A DNA stretch of 64,000 nucleotides from Piedraia hortae CBS 480.64 (lineage: Eukaryota), in NCBI GenBank assembly GCA_010093745.1, contig MU005976.1:1-64000 (forward strand), given 5' to 3'. Under the pieces are notes generated by a model that worked only from the letters and a program-made list of their open reading frames with translations, was not told where the DNA came from and ran no database searches. Numbering within the stretch: position 1 is the stretch's first letter; every line of letters starts with the position of its first letter. Both the position numbers and the translations under genes were made by a program. This document shows positions 12,642-25,410 of the stretch, piece after piece.

Positions 12642-13189
12642 CGTTGCTACCACTTTTCACCGACCGACGAGATAGAATACTTCCATTTAAGCGCTTGCAC
12701 AATAAAAGAGAGTAATAGAAAAAGCAATCGTTAAGCAGCCGCTCAGGCTGCGAGTGTTGACGCATTTTGTCGTACGCTCCAATTTTCCACACTATCGGCG
12801 CAACATCGGCTCGGTTTTACCAGTAATTCTCATTGCAGGGGAATGAGAGATGTGATGGCTGAAAGCCTTTTGCCCTGCGTGCTAGACCTGCTAAGAGTGG
12901 GATCAGTATACTAAGGGCATAGCCTTCGTAGTAGCGTGGTTATGATGTTTGATTGAAGCGGAAAATGCAAAACCTAGCCGTTTAATTCGGGGCAATAGGC
13001 CGCGAAGGGCAACCGGCAGCCATATAGAGGCAATGGAAGCTATGACAGTTTCGTATGCATCCTTCACTGTCTGGACATTTACCTATGAGAGAAGCTCGAA
13101 GTCAATCATGCCCAGAAAGGATGTAAAAAGGCCTTGTGTTAGATGATTACCTCCAAAGGTTTCGCGAGTCCAATATTAAAAACATCTTC

Positions 13190-14297
13190 CGGTGTCCGCC
13201 GCGGTAGCCGCGCCGAAAGGCTGGAAGCCGCTCACCAGAAACCGCCTTGTCGGTGATGCGAGGGACATACTCACAGTTGGTATGGAAGGCAAGGTATCAT
13301 TCGGCGACTGCTAGCCCTCTACCAGCCGAATCTGGTGCCTCCGCGGCTACATCAACGCAGGCATGAAATACGAGTGCACACCCAAGGATTGCAAGCTCCG
13401 AGCCGAACAATGGGGCGACCGCCCCTTTGCGGAGCTAGTCGCCCACCTCAAACGGGGCACATTATATAGCATCGGCGTGCAGGTTATTTTGATGTCAAAC
13501 CGTGGCTATGGCATCAGCGCCTGCCGCAAGTTCTCCCTCGTCCAGCTTATTATTGAATATATCGGCAGAATCGTCACCGAAGACGAATGCCAGCGTCGAA
13601 GAATGCTGGAGGAATACCAGACGAGTTCCTCCCACTACTTCATGGAGTTTGGCCGCGGCCTCGTCATCAATGCCATGAGGAGTAACATGGCCTACTTCAA
13701 CAATCACTCTTGCACACTCAATGCCGTGGCGAAGAAGGTGACGGTCAACGGCCGTCCACGGCTGGGCATCTTCGCTGGGGACGACTGGAACAGATGGTAT
13801 GTGCGAATAAAGATGGATGGAGAGTAGAGGTGTGTATATACGAGTGAATACAATTGTATCTACGAGGAAACACCAGAGAATATATTCTGGGCCGGAAGGC
13901 CGGTGCGTAGTCTCGTATGAAGAGTCATCAATCGTATGACCGTAAGCAAGTGGACATACATGCAGTAAGACCGTCAGCACGCAGTCTTAGTCCATGACTC
14001 ACCTCAAACAGTAGCAGGGCGCATTCACCATGTCGCATGCGACATGACCCTGAGGGAAACCTCGGTGATGACAAAACCTAGGGTGCAGCTGCTAGTGTAA
14101 GAGGTGTCGCGCAGTGGCATCGTACACTAATAGCAACGGGACTTCATGCCAGCGACGACGGCGTCTTTCCCGGCCAAGACACCACTATAGACTATAACTA
14201 TATAATCTTCGGCGATGCACAACAGGTGTGTCATTGTGGTGCAGCCAACTGTCGTGGCTTCCTTGGCAAAAGGACAACTACGGCAAAACGGCCTTAG
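13190..14297 (+). pseudogene. ASH1/SET2-like histone lysine methyltransferase copy (AWS-SET-postSET) disrupted by solo LTR B
   Basis: PKGWKPLTRNRLVGDA, MKYECTPKDC, NRGYGI, IIEYIGRIVTEDECQRR, NNHSC, RLGIFAGDD[LTR]GVFPGQDTTIDYNY..QVCHCGAANCRGFLG*. The frame is restored on removing the LTR plus one TSD. There is also an upstream stop in the AWS region. Confidence 0.88.
13786..14154 (-). mobile_element. Solo LTR family B, copy 2 (inverted), inside the SET domain
   Basis: Reverse complement of 1558-1932; perfect TSD ACGAC (13781-13785 and 14155-14159). Confidence 0.92.
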
Positions 14298-14581
14298 CAG
14301 AAGCTGCAACCAATGCACAACTACTCGAGCGGGCTCAAAGGCCGGCAAGGAAGGTGAATTATTGAGGCGTACAAAGTGTCACGAGAGGGAGGTGAGTTGT
14401 GTACATAGCGTCGAGATACCTTGGCGTTTGATGGAATTTGAGTTTTTGGCCACAAACGCACTTTATCGTGATTGAATTATCAGAATGCACATATTAGGGC
14501 ACTCAGCCTGTGAGCTATGAACTCCCCCTTTGGCTACACACCCACCCACAGTACCATTTTACAGAGAAACACAGCTCGCCT

Positions 14582-14980
14582 CTACCAATAGTATCTTCCT
14601 CCATGCGGGTCGTATTCTTCAGAAGAACCTTGCTTGCACTTCTTGAGGACGTCATTTACCTCCTTGATATGGGGGTAAGGATTCCAAACGGGAGGCTCGT
14701 AGTTCTTGTTCTCGTTGTCCTCCTGCTGCTTCGCCAGTGCATACAGAGAAGTGATGCCCTTGTAAACGATTTCTTCCCCCCGGAGGAGGATCCTCCGGGC
14801 GAGTTGCCGCTGCCGTCGGCTTTATCGGTTGTGACTGCCTTGAAGGCTGAGCCTCCCTCGGGCTTGTAAGCGGAGGGTTTCGGCCCCTCGCCGGGCTTGG
14901 TGGTGTTGTTCTTTGAGAAGGGGTCGTTGGTCACCTCGCTGGCGCTTATAGGGACAAAGTTGTCGTTGTTGTTTTTACTG
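14582..14980 (-). pseudogene. YDPHGGxYYW small-protein family, copy 1 (frameshifted, no start codon seen)
   Basis: NNNDNFVPISASEVTNDPFSKNNTTKPG...SSG, then an extra base in the C6 run at 14776-14781, then EEIVYKGITSLYALAKQQEDNENKNYEPPVWNPYPHIKEVNDVLKKCKQGSSEEYDPHGGRYYW*. A (CAT)n tract lies where the ATG region should be. Confidence 0.8.
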
Positions 14981-15921
14981 ATGATGATGATGATGATGCA
15001 GTGGTTTGTGTTAGAGGATAAGTTCCGTTGGCCGAAAAAATTGATTGGGGGAAGCAACGTGAGAAAAGTGATACGGTATGGGGGTTGTCCACACGATTGA
15101 AAAGAATGCACTCATGGAAACCAATTTTGTTTTGAGATGACGGAAAATAACAACACGGCGCCGCACGATCTGCTCTATATCATAGGCATTCATAATTCCT
15201 GCAAATTTTTTACAAGAGATGCTGAAGAGCTGGAGAAGGAAAAATCTGAACGCCTCTTTCAGTAGCATTACATGAGTGGCCCCGAACGCAGTTCTCACGA
15301 CAAGACAGGCCCACAGTCACCAATCTTCCACCGCTCCCTCCCGGTGCATCGTTCGGCCAGAACACGATAATACTGTGTGCGTGCAGGAAAGGAAGCTACG
15401 TTGCCCAGAACTTTCTTCAGATACCGATATATTCTCTATCAAACAGAGGCTGTTACGGTAGGTTCAATAAGTCCCAACAATGAGGACAATCAGAACTGCT
15501 ATTTACTGGGAAGCTAGGATACTATAAACCAATCCAGAAGCGCCGTCCATACGCGTGTGGTAGCGAGCGTAGCTATGAATAACTAGCAGGGCGCGTCGGC
15601 GTATCAAATTCCCTGTGCGCTTAGGCGGCGCGGGTCGTCCCGCGCACACACATCCTCGCCGTAATAGAGACTGGGGAGCGGTACGCAAGAGCAGGCTTGC
15701 TGGGGGTTTGAACAAGGTCAAGCACCCGCTAAGGAGGCATCCAGACCGCAACTAGCCACTCAGCACTTCTATAAAACACTCAGCCCACGCACTCCCTCCG
15801 CCAACCATTGATAGAATAGTCAGGACACATTATCGAACATAAAACACAGCGATTCGTAAACTCCCTCTTCGATGCTACAGTCTACCCACCGCGTCATGCT
15901 ACAGACAAACCTATCTGGCGC

Positions 15922-16357
15922 CTACCAGTAGTATAACCCCCCGTGGGGGTCGTAATCTTTGCACTCGCCCTGTTTGCCCGCCTTCAGGGCATTGTTCACC
16001 TTCTTTACACGCGGAAACGGGTTCCAAATGGGTCGCTTATAATTGTCGGCCGGCTGGCCATGTTCTTTGTCTTCCTGTTTTTGGGCCAGTGCAATGCGGG
16101 ATGCAAAGCCTTCGTATATAATTTCTTCTCCGGAGGATGCATCGTCTTTTATGTCCGCATTATCATCGGCGTTGGGTTTGGATGTGGGGTCTATGTTAGC
16201 CTTGGTGTGGATAATCTGCGGTACATCTCCGGGCTTGATGGAGGTGTTGTCAGAGAACGAATTATTGGCCAGTTCGTTGGCCGCTGATACGGACGAAATT
16301 GTCATTGTTTTTGCCGTCGGAGGCAGCGGTAGGAGTGTTGAGAGTCATGGACACCAT
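15922..16357 (-). pseudogene. YDPHGGxYYW small-protein family, copy 2 (1-nt frameshift near 16282)
   Basis: MVSMTLNTPTAASDGKNNDNFVRIS, one extra G, then ANELANNSFSDNTSIKPG...SSGEEIIYEGFASRIALAQKQED...RPIWNPFPRVKKVNNALKAGKQGECKDYDPHGGLYYW*. An in-frame ATG at 16305 could still give a 127-aa product. Confidence 0.75.
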
Positions 16358-16594
16358 TGTTGTTGTTTTTGTTGTTGATATGGCAGTGGCTTGTGTTAGA
16401 GGGTAAGTTGTTGTGGCGGAAATAATGTCAGTGGAAAAGCTAGAGAGAGGGGGAACGTGGGCCGTATAAATTAGGTCCAGGTGGCCGCCCACATGATCTG
16501 GGAGCCCGCAGTTATAGCTAAATAGGTCAAAAGCTGGGCGAAGTGAATGAGGTCTGGAGGGTTGATCAGCTGGGCAGTTACGGGAAACACTGTT

Positions 16595-16713
16595 AGTTGG
16601 AGGATGTGTCACATGATGACCATGAACAACGTCCCCTGATGTATGCAGTATATATAACTATACAATTATTCACGTCTTAGTGTACTAACACCATCAGTTC
16701 GTTCCCTTTAACT
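16595..16713 (+). mobile_element. 119-bp element family F with AG...CT termini, copy 1
   Basis: AGTTGGAGG...CCTTTAACT; perfect 5-bp TSD CTGTT (16590-16594 and 16714-16718); colinear with 48945-49063. Confidence 0.85.
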
Positions 16714-17040
16714 CTGTTTGATTTGAGACGATGAACGAGAATATCACGGCAGAATACCGCACGGGCTACTTAATGAGCGCTTGTAACTCCAGTAAGTGAT
16801 GTCAATGGATTATACAAGATTAAATTCCTCATTTTGGCTTCCAGGAGCGATTTACTAGGTAAGTTGGACCCACAACAGCAAGGTTTGATTAAGATTCATC
16901 TGTGGTTTCTTGGCAAAAGAGCTTATTATCCAACGGCAATATACTTGGCCTCTACGACTAAGGATTGAGAGCAAGATTAAGCATCTTCTCCGACTTGAAG
17001 CGCTTTGCATATACACAAAGTTACTTCCACACAGACCTTT

Positions 17041-17345
17041 TGTCAAAAGGATGTGGCACCCACCATGACCAGAACTATAGATAGAAGTCGAAACTTCTCA
17101 GGGTTCTTACCTCTATAGAGGAAGTTTTCCCTGAGACGGGTCATTGTCTCGTTCATGCTTAAGGGCATGGTTCGCTGACGTTGTCCTGGCAAATGCGGTT
17201 AGACTGAGGTAGTGTGGGGGAGATTTCGAACCTTACCTCAGAGAGATGGACATCTACATCACACATTTTTCAGTGAAAGTTGAGTGGAAACTTTTGTCGT
17301 TGACATCCACTCCGCTCTAGTCCTCGGAGGTTCACCCCTCCGACA
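17041..17345 (+). mobile_element. Solo LTR family C, copy 3
   Basis: TGTCAAAAGG...CCTCCGACA; perfect TSD CCTTT. Confidence 0.93.
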
Positions 17346-18169
17346 CCTTTACATAACCCATACCGTTTTCTACTGCTCCCATCGAAGATGGAATATTGCC
17401 TGCTCATTGAACGGGGGAAAATGAATACCCTTCCCACAATTTACGCACGCGCCACAGCTGGCAGGAAAAATCCTTATAGCACCATATCACCCAGAATATC
17501 ACCGTGCATGATGATACCAGGCTACCCAGATGGTATGCTAAGCAAGCCATGATCCGCTGGAAATGGAATCGCCACAAACCTCAGCTTTGGCACCATATTC
17601 CCCAACCTCCCCCAACTCTTCGTTCTTCAAAACAACAACGGTCCTCCCATCCATGATATTGAACCCGCTCATTCGATCTGACACTTTCAATATCTAAACT
17701 TTAATGCTCTCAACAGCTTCAGGCTTGGAATGGGGGCCTCTTCATTTCGCCTTAATCTACAAGCCTGAGATGCATTTGTCGAATGCGTTTCAAGCAATGC
17801 ATGACCTCCGTAGATGTACGACTCTGCAGACAAACCCTCAACCTGACAGTCAATTAACATGGCGTTATGCTGTACAGAAAGACGACGTGTTCCAGAGCGA
17901 ATGACTTGATGACACCCAGAGTGCTGTCTGAACGACTATCGCTGAGGACGCGAGACTTTACGTACTCTTAACAATCAATGGGAAAGGTATATTGCTTGCG
18001 GCATATCTTGTGGACGTCGTGCACATACAACACAATACATACAGTGTTTTACTACCATCGATGCTAGTCCAACCAGTTTTACCTTGGCAAACAGTAAGCA
18101 TAACAAATGATTCATAGTCCAACTTCTATTCTACATCCTATGCAATTGCAGTCATATCTCTGTCAAAAA

Positions 18170-21100
18170 CTAAGTCCGCCTCCAAACGCCAAGCCAGCGA
18201 CGCTTTCCCGGCGACGAAGGCGAAGTGGGTGAGTTTGGCGGCGGAGCAGGACTATCCCTGTTTGGTGTCGTTTCCTTACTATTGGGGCCCGACTTGATGC
18301 CAACCTTTCCTGCCAACATTTCCATTCGAGCACGAGCAGGCGAACACTTGCCAGACGGAGGCGCGTCTGTTTCGCCATTAGGACTTGTCAACCTCGGTGA
18401 GTGTAAAGGTGATCGTGGACCAGATTCTCCGACATCAAAAGACTCCCGGCCAGTCTCTTCAGAAGGCGAAACGAGGCGCAGAGCTCGAGCTCTGTCAACA
18501 GGATGAGCGTGCGGAGACCTGGTTGGCGCCTCGCTAGAGACCATTCGGCTGTCTCGAGAACCGTCAAATAGTCCTGGGGCAGTCATCATGCCAGTATACT
18601 GAGCCACCGAGCTCATCGACCTGTATTCCAATTGAGGTCCAAAATTACCATAATTGTGGAACCCAGATCCGTGTGGGTACAAAGCAGAGTCAATACTGGT
18701 CATGCTGTTGAGACGTCCATCTCCCAAAGCGTCTCGGTCGGATGCAGCGTCGTTTTTCGAAGTGCCTTGGTCATGATAGCGACGAGCTTGGGCACTGAGA
18801 TCTTTGCTCTCTCCTTGGCCTTTGGTCGGTTCCTCTTGAGTCGCTTCAGCAGAAGTCAAACGCTTGGATATGGCGTTCTCGTGCTTCTTTCCCCAGGCGC
18901 CAAGGTTAGGAGTGATTTCATCAATGGAAGGGTCATCCGCTCTGGGGGACATTACAGCCATCTCGTTTGAAGGCGCGAGAATGGCCTGTTTCGCGGCATT
19001 AACTTGATCCTCCACAGTAATTTCAGACTGCCGTGAAGCCTTGGCATCGTCCCTCCCACTCGAGGTCTGAGTAGAACGTCTGTGCTGCTGTTCAGCGGAT
19101 TGAAAAAGACTGCTGGCCTGAGATCCCAGGACACTTCGGCCATGCGTTTGTACTTCTTTCAGCTTGACCAATGCCGCGCAATACCCCTTAATCCAGTGCC
19201 CGGATCGCTCCATGTCCGGCATCAACTGCATGAGCCCGCACTGAAAGCCTTCGAGATATTCCCGAGTTTTGTTTTGAGCAGTCGCTTGAGCCAGCTTGTG
19301 GCGATGAAACGACTCAATCGAAGAGGCCATGGACGGACCCAGTGGATTGGGTTGAGCTCCCGGTAGGATCCAGCCACGGCGTTTACTTTTGGGGCTCAAA
19401 TTATGCATCTCACGGTCAGGCGCCGAAGGAGCTCCGGACGCTTCCCTTTGAGGCACCGCCATCATAGGCTGTGGAGCAGAGACACCCAAGCCGCTAGCCT
19501 GTCTGCCAAGCGTCTGTCGAGAACTCTGAGACGCGATAGAGCGGCCACCAGCGCTACGATTAGCGTTGTCATGGGACTGTTCGTGATTTCCGGCCTCCAA
19601 AGGCTGTTGTTGCTGATAGTGCATATCATACCGGCGAATTGAATACTCCTGAGTATCGCGCGGGAAGAAATCCGCTGTTTGGAAGCTTGCGTTGCTAATG
19701 GCCGAATTCAACTTGATACTCTCTTGGCTGGCCCGTTTGGATTGAGAAGGGCTGACATCACGCTTGCTCGATGGTTCATCACCATTGGCAGGCTTGAGAG
19801 GGCTCGACGCACCAGTGTTGCGAGCTTCCTTCTTTGGAAGATAGACAGGGCTTTCGGGATTCAGAGCCGATTTGTGAACTTTAGAGTCAGGCGCCTTGAT
19901 GGGTATGGCATGGGATACATGACCTGCAGTGGGTGCCTTTTTCACAGTTGATGTTTGTGAATTGGCTAAATCAGCGTCTGTGGACTCAACTCCTGGAGCC
20001 GGTGCGCCGTAGTGCCCAGACCGAGGTAGAATGCCGGAGGCGTACATATCAGCCATTCCGTTTGGTGGAGGCGCAACCCATGGCTGTCCCATTGTGTCGT
20101 CAGCCACCGGTGGTGGAGCGTAGAAGGGCACATAGTAAGGGGGCGGTGCCATGTAAGGCGTAGCTGCCTGTACAAAGGGTGGCATGGCCGCATTGGGTGG
20201 GTTGACCGGCTGCCATGGTTGCTGAAAGGGGAGAACTCCATTCCGAGGTGGGGATGCGTTCGATGGGAGCCCGGCCGCCTGAGCCCACGTCGTCTGGCTC
20301 TTGTCCTTCAGGCTCTTTAAGGCCCTGCGGATACTGTCCATGCGGGTAACAAGCTCGCGGCGTTTGGTGTAAAGGGCATCTTTGGCGCTCTTGTTCATCG
20401 TGCGGCTGTGAATCGCCTCAGTCTTGTCAATCTCCTTCGATTCCGCCTCGAGTTTAGCATATTCCTGCTCAAGAGCCTTGATTTGAACGGATGGCGATGG
20501 CTCCAAGAGGTTTCCGTTGGGTGACTGTGAGCGTTGTTGATTGCCATTTGTCAAAGAGGCATTAGATGGGCCCGACTGCGTGATCTGGAGGTTTGGTGCG
20601 GGCAGGTACAGCCTGAGAGCACCGTCAACCTCCGTAAGAGGCATGATGGCACCACCAACAATCTGGCAAAGGCACCCATTGGTGTCTTGAGCAACGAATC
20701 CATTTTGCGTGGCCCTGGTCCATTGAGCCTTGCCCATGGGATGATTTGGAGCAAATTTGATGAGACCTCCATTGGCCTTGATGGCACTGTATCCATAGCG
20801 AGGATGGCAAAGGGGAGATTGTTCGCTGGGAACCACACGTCCTCCAGCAGTTACACGAACATGGGGAGGCGAACCGTGGGTTTGAACCAGAGATTCAATC
20901 TTTTTCCTTCGTAATGAAGGGGTTGGCGAGGGACGAAGGTTATCTGGTCCGGCCTGCACTGTTTGACCAGCCGGAACAAGATGGTCAACTGAATTCATCG
21001 GTTCTGGTGCCCGAAACAAAGACGATGGCGGACGACCTGAGCTCGCAGTCCTCATACCGCTGTTTTCCTTCCGAATACGCAAGGTGGATTGACGAGACTT

Positions 21101-21377
21101 GTTAGAGCGAGCAGCAAACGATCTTGCTCCACGTAGAACGTGTTCTGAAACGTCAGCATTAGGTCAGGGTCGGAGAGCAGGTATGTGTACCTTTGACAAT
21201 CTCCGCATCGTCACCGTCAAGTTCGTCGATGGTCTCGCTCAATCTGGGCTCTGACATCCTGCTCTTCAATTTTCGCAGCTCTTCGGCCGAATAAGTGCGT
21301 CGTGTTTGCATGTTTTTGCCGCCGACCGGACGACGGGGCATGTGGTTAGCGCTGGACTCAATGAGTGCTTCCAGCAT
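18170..21377 (-). CDS. Large low-complexity hypothetical protein (about 1050 aa), 2 exons, intron 21145-21190
   Basis: The 970-codon open frame joins in frame to the upstream exon (…AEIVK|EHVLRG…) through a 46-nt GT..AG intron with a CTAAT/CTGAC branch site. Contains a coiled-coil-like segment; no domain recognised. Confidence 0.8.
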
Positions 21378-21877
21378 CTTGAGGGATCAGAGCAAGTCTT
21401 TTGGGAGACCTGTGGTGGAGGGCAGTCGACAAAGGGTTGACGTCAAGTAAGGAAAAGGCGTGCTGTATCCAATGGGCAACTGATGAGAATTGCTTCGGAG
21501 GTCGAAGCAAGTGATGACAGTTCCGTCCGAGGTTGGAGATGGAGTAGTGAATCTGAGTACGAGGGATGAAGGCAGTGTGGACGAGAGAGAGAGGAGAAGT
21601 GATGGTCGAAGAGAAGTGGTGGAGAAGACAGAACGACAGACAAGATATAGTAAAAGAAGATGCGGGCCCACACTGGACACTAACAGGGGAAGTGCCGCTT
21701 GAGTGCATGAAGCAGGAGCGCCCGTTGCCTCGCTAAGCTTGATTAGCTGCTATCGATATGATAATCGAGTTAGCCACCTAGTCATCATAACCCCAGTCCA
21801 TCCACCAACGCCTGGCTAGCCATTAGTAATCCAACTATTGTAGGCAGTGCGATGAAAGCCACAGCAGTGCTACAATT

Positions 21878-22311
21878 CTACTTGTTCTTTGTTGGATTGA
21901 ACGAGAACTTCTTGCGCGTTCTGGCAATGCGTGAGCCATTCTTCTCCACGTCTGCATTCATTTCAACTTACTGCGCAAACTCTCCAAGCTTGTGCCCGAC
22001 CATTTGCTCCGTTATTCGCACATCCGTGTAAGTCTTCCCATTATGGACCTGGAAGATCAGGCCAACGAAGTTTGGCAGGATTGTGGCAGAACGGGCTTGC
22101 GTTTTGATGGGGGGAACACGTTCGCCGGGTCTAGGACGGATAATCGGCAGACTACAGCGTGTCAACGAGCTGTCGAAGCTCAGGCAGCTTGGCTATCTTA
22201 CGGCACGAGATTGGGGCCTGTGTACGTTCAGCAAAAGGATTTCCGGACTTTGAAAAACATTCACACACCTTTCCAGACTGATCGAGCAAGCAGCGGGCAT
22301 GTTGCCTTCAT
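21878..22311 (-). CDS. RSM19: Mitochondrial small-subunit ribosomal protein uS19m, 4 exons
   Basis: Spliced product [70 protein letters not shown], with S19 signatures. Confidence 0.93.
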
Positions 22312-22472
22312 TGTCGCTTCAGACACGATTGAAGCGGTGTCTAACGGTGATGGATGAGGTTGGCGAACTGCGGAGTTTCCATCCCCTTTGGGAAAGCGCA
22401 TGAGCCCCGCGTTGGCGCTAGGACAAACCAGGAAGTCTGGCTGCCAACGTCAAGTGACGGTGTGGTTGAATC

Positions 22473-24718
22473 ATGTCGTCTACAGACTTTACTGGTAAGT
22501 CGTCTATGCCTCTATTCGATAGAAGAACGGGAATCAATCTCTAGCAGACGCAGACACCATCAAGATATTAGTCTCAACCGATAACCATGTTGGATACAAC
22601 GAGCGCGACCCCATCCGAGGGGATGACAGTTGGAGATCGTTCCACGAAATCATGTGTCTGGCCACGGAACGCGACGTTGACATGGTGCTGCTTGCAGGAG
22701 ATCTTTTCCACGAAAACAAGCCCAGCCGGAAATCAATGTACCAGGTTATGAGAAGCTTACGGATGAACTGCTATGGCGACAAGCCCTGTGAACTGGAAAT
22801 GTTGAGTGACGGCAGTGAGCAGTTCCTGGGCACATTCAATCATGTCAATTATGAAGATCCCAATATCAACGTGTCCATTCCAGTCTTTTCCATTCATGGC
22901 AACCACGATGATCCGTCTGGCGAGGGTCATCTGGCCGCGCTCGACATTCTGGACATGTCAGGTCTTCTGAACTATTACGGTCGGACTCCGGAATCTGACA
23001 ACATTGTAGTAAAGCCGGTCCTGTTGCAAAAAGGCAAGACGAAGCTGGCCCTGTACGGAATGAGCAATGTTCGCGATGAACGGCTTTATCGCACGTTCAG
23101 GGAGAGAAATGTCAAGTTCTTCCGTCCTACAGCGCAGAAAGATGACTGGTTCAACATCCTGAGCGTGCATCAGAACCACCACGCGTACACCGAGACTGGA
23201 TACCTGCCAGAGACGCTGCTGCCTAGATTCATGGATCTGGTGATCTGGGGCCATGAGCACGAATGTCTGATTGATCCTGTCTTCAACTCTGAAATGGGTT
23301 TCCATGTCATACAGCCGGGCTCATCGGTTGCCACGTCGCTGGTGCAAGGCGAGACGGTCACAAAGTATGTGTCGCTTGTAAAGGTGCAGGGTAAGGCATT
23401 TGAAGCGGCGAAGATTCGCCTCAAGACTGTGCGGCCGTTTGTTATGAAGGAAATCGTGCTCCGTGATATACCCGACATGAACAAGGTCGCCTACGAAGAC
23501 GACAACAGGCCCAAGATTACCCGCTTTCTCATGGCTATTGTAGAAGAGCTCATCGAGAAGGCGAATGAACAGTGGCGAGAAGCGCGTGTTGAGGCAGGAG
23601 AAGACGAAAACGACGATGCCAGGCCACCTGCACCCATTATCCGACTCCGGGTGGAATACACACCACCGGAAGGCGGAAACTTCGATCCAGAGAACCCACA
23701 ACGGTTTTCTAACCGCTTTATTGGACGCGTGGCTAACGTGCATGATGTGGTCCAGTTCCACCGTAAGCGTCAGGCGCAAAGAGGCATCAACGGCAAGCCA
23801 GACTTGGTAGAGGACGGAGTCATGGCACAGCTGCAGACCGGTACCGTCAAGATCGAGAAGCTCGTCAGTGAGTTTCTCAAGGCGCAATCGCTCTCCATCT
23901 TACCGCAAAATAAATTTTCCGATGCCGTGAGCCAATTTGTTGACAAAGACGACAATAGAGCCATGTCCGAGTTTGTAGAAAGCAGTCTTGAAACCCAAGT
24001 CAAGCAGCTGATAGGAGAAGACGACGACGAAGATAGCGAAGTGGATGGAGACACAATGGCGGATTTGATGGGGGAAATCAAAGCCAAGCTGGAGGCGCAA
24101 TTTGCAAAGGGAGAGCGGAGGCAAGCAAGGCGTCAGGGAATGCGGAAGCCAAAGCCAGACTATTGGGATAGCGAAGTGGACGGACACTGGGAAGATGACC
24201 CCGGCTCGTACTTCCGAAATGAGGCCGGAGAGGTGGTGCACCAAGATGATGGTAGCGTCGATGCAACGCCTGCAGGACCTGCTCCAAAATCTCGACCTGC
24301 GCGGGCTCCACGCGGCAAGGCGGCAGGACGTGGGTCAGCCAGCACAAGGGCAAAAACCACAACGTCTCGAAGGCCGCAAAAGCAGAAGACTCCGGTTAGA
24401 GAAGAAGAAGATGAAGAAGATGTGGTGATGATTGACGACGATGATGACGACGTTGATGAGGAAGATAGCCCGCTATTTGTACAGCCAGCTCGCAAACAGC
24501 GAGGAAGGGCAACGACAAGAACGACACAAAGCCGCCGGGGCGGCATGCAGCAAAGCACTCTATCATTTGCAGCCAGCCAATCATCCACGACGAGCAGAAG
24601 GGGCGGCCGAACTGCGGCAAGTAGAAGATTGCAAGAGCCCAGCGACGATGAGATTAGCGATGACGACGCCTTTGAGCCGGCGCCTCCAACTACGAGGTCC
24701 CGAGCAACAAGACGATGA
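22473..24718 (+). CDS. MRE11: Double-strand break repair nuclease Mre11, intron about 22495-22547
   Basis: Phosphoesterase motifs TDNHVG, LAGDLFHENKPS, SIHGNHDDP, VHQNH, WGHEHEC, QPGSSVATSL; IRLRVEY, NPQRFSNRFIGRVAN. Confidence 0.98.
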
Positions 24719-24753
24719 GAAAATAGGAAAAATGTGGTCGTGTGAATTGTACA

Positions 24754-25410
24754 TTATCGGTAGAATTCGCTGCGTTTAACGTTGACACCGTATTCTCCCA
24801 CAGCCATGCCCAGGTCTTCCATGGTCAGCACGGTGCGGCCCTGACCTCCCGTGGGCGCTCCGCCGTAGCCCGCACGAGGCCCGCCCAGCGGCACATTCTT
24901 TGACGCTTCCTTCCTGCCCTTGCCGCCCTCTTCGCCGCCGCCAGCCGGTAGATTCATGCCAAAACCGGCCGCTCCTCCAAGGCCAGACAGGGGGTTGTTG
25001 GATGTGGTGTTGGTACTGCGTATGCGCGAGTACTGGTACGCATCAGCCGCAATGTCGGCGATGAACTTTTGCGTTGTAAGAGCGAGGAGGCGAGCGAGAC
25101 TACGATCAGTGGCCGGTGGGGGTGGGAGTCCAGCCATGGTGAGGTAGTGATCAACGACGGCATCGGGAATCAGCGGCGCGTAGTCATTCATCTTTGCTAG
25201 GAAGTCACGAAGGTTGGCATCTTGTTTCTGGGGGATGGGCACGTCTTCAAGAGTCGGCGCGTCTTTGGTCGCTTCTTGATGGCTGGGCGCCGAGTTGGGC
25301 GCCTTCATCTCCTCGTCAACCCCCTGATCAAACATGTTGGGATCATCAAGCGTATCTCCCGATCCCTGCGGCTGTGCGTCCTGCATTGGCGATCGTGGAA
25401 CGTCTGCCAT
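24754..25410 (-). CDS. TAF10: TFIID/SAGA subunit Taf10 (intronless; likely start MADVPR at 25410)
   Basis: [71 protein letters not shown]. Confidence 0.96.
   Translation of the reverse strand: MADVPRSPMQDAQPQGSGDTLDDPNMFDQGVDEEMKAPNSAPSHQEATKDAPTLEDVPIPQKQDANLRDFLAKMNDYAPLIPDAVVDHYLTMAGLPPPPATDRSLARLLALTTQKFIADIAADAYQYSRIRSTNTTSNNPLSGLGGAAGFGMNLPAGGGEEGGKGRKEASKNVPLGGPRAGYGGAPTGGQGRTVLTMEDLGMAVGEYGVNVKRSEFYR

Noticed and set aside
1..17500. Starship or other giant transposon
   Set aside because: No tyrosine-recombinase captain or element boundary is visible in the window; kept only as an untested possibility.
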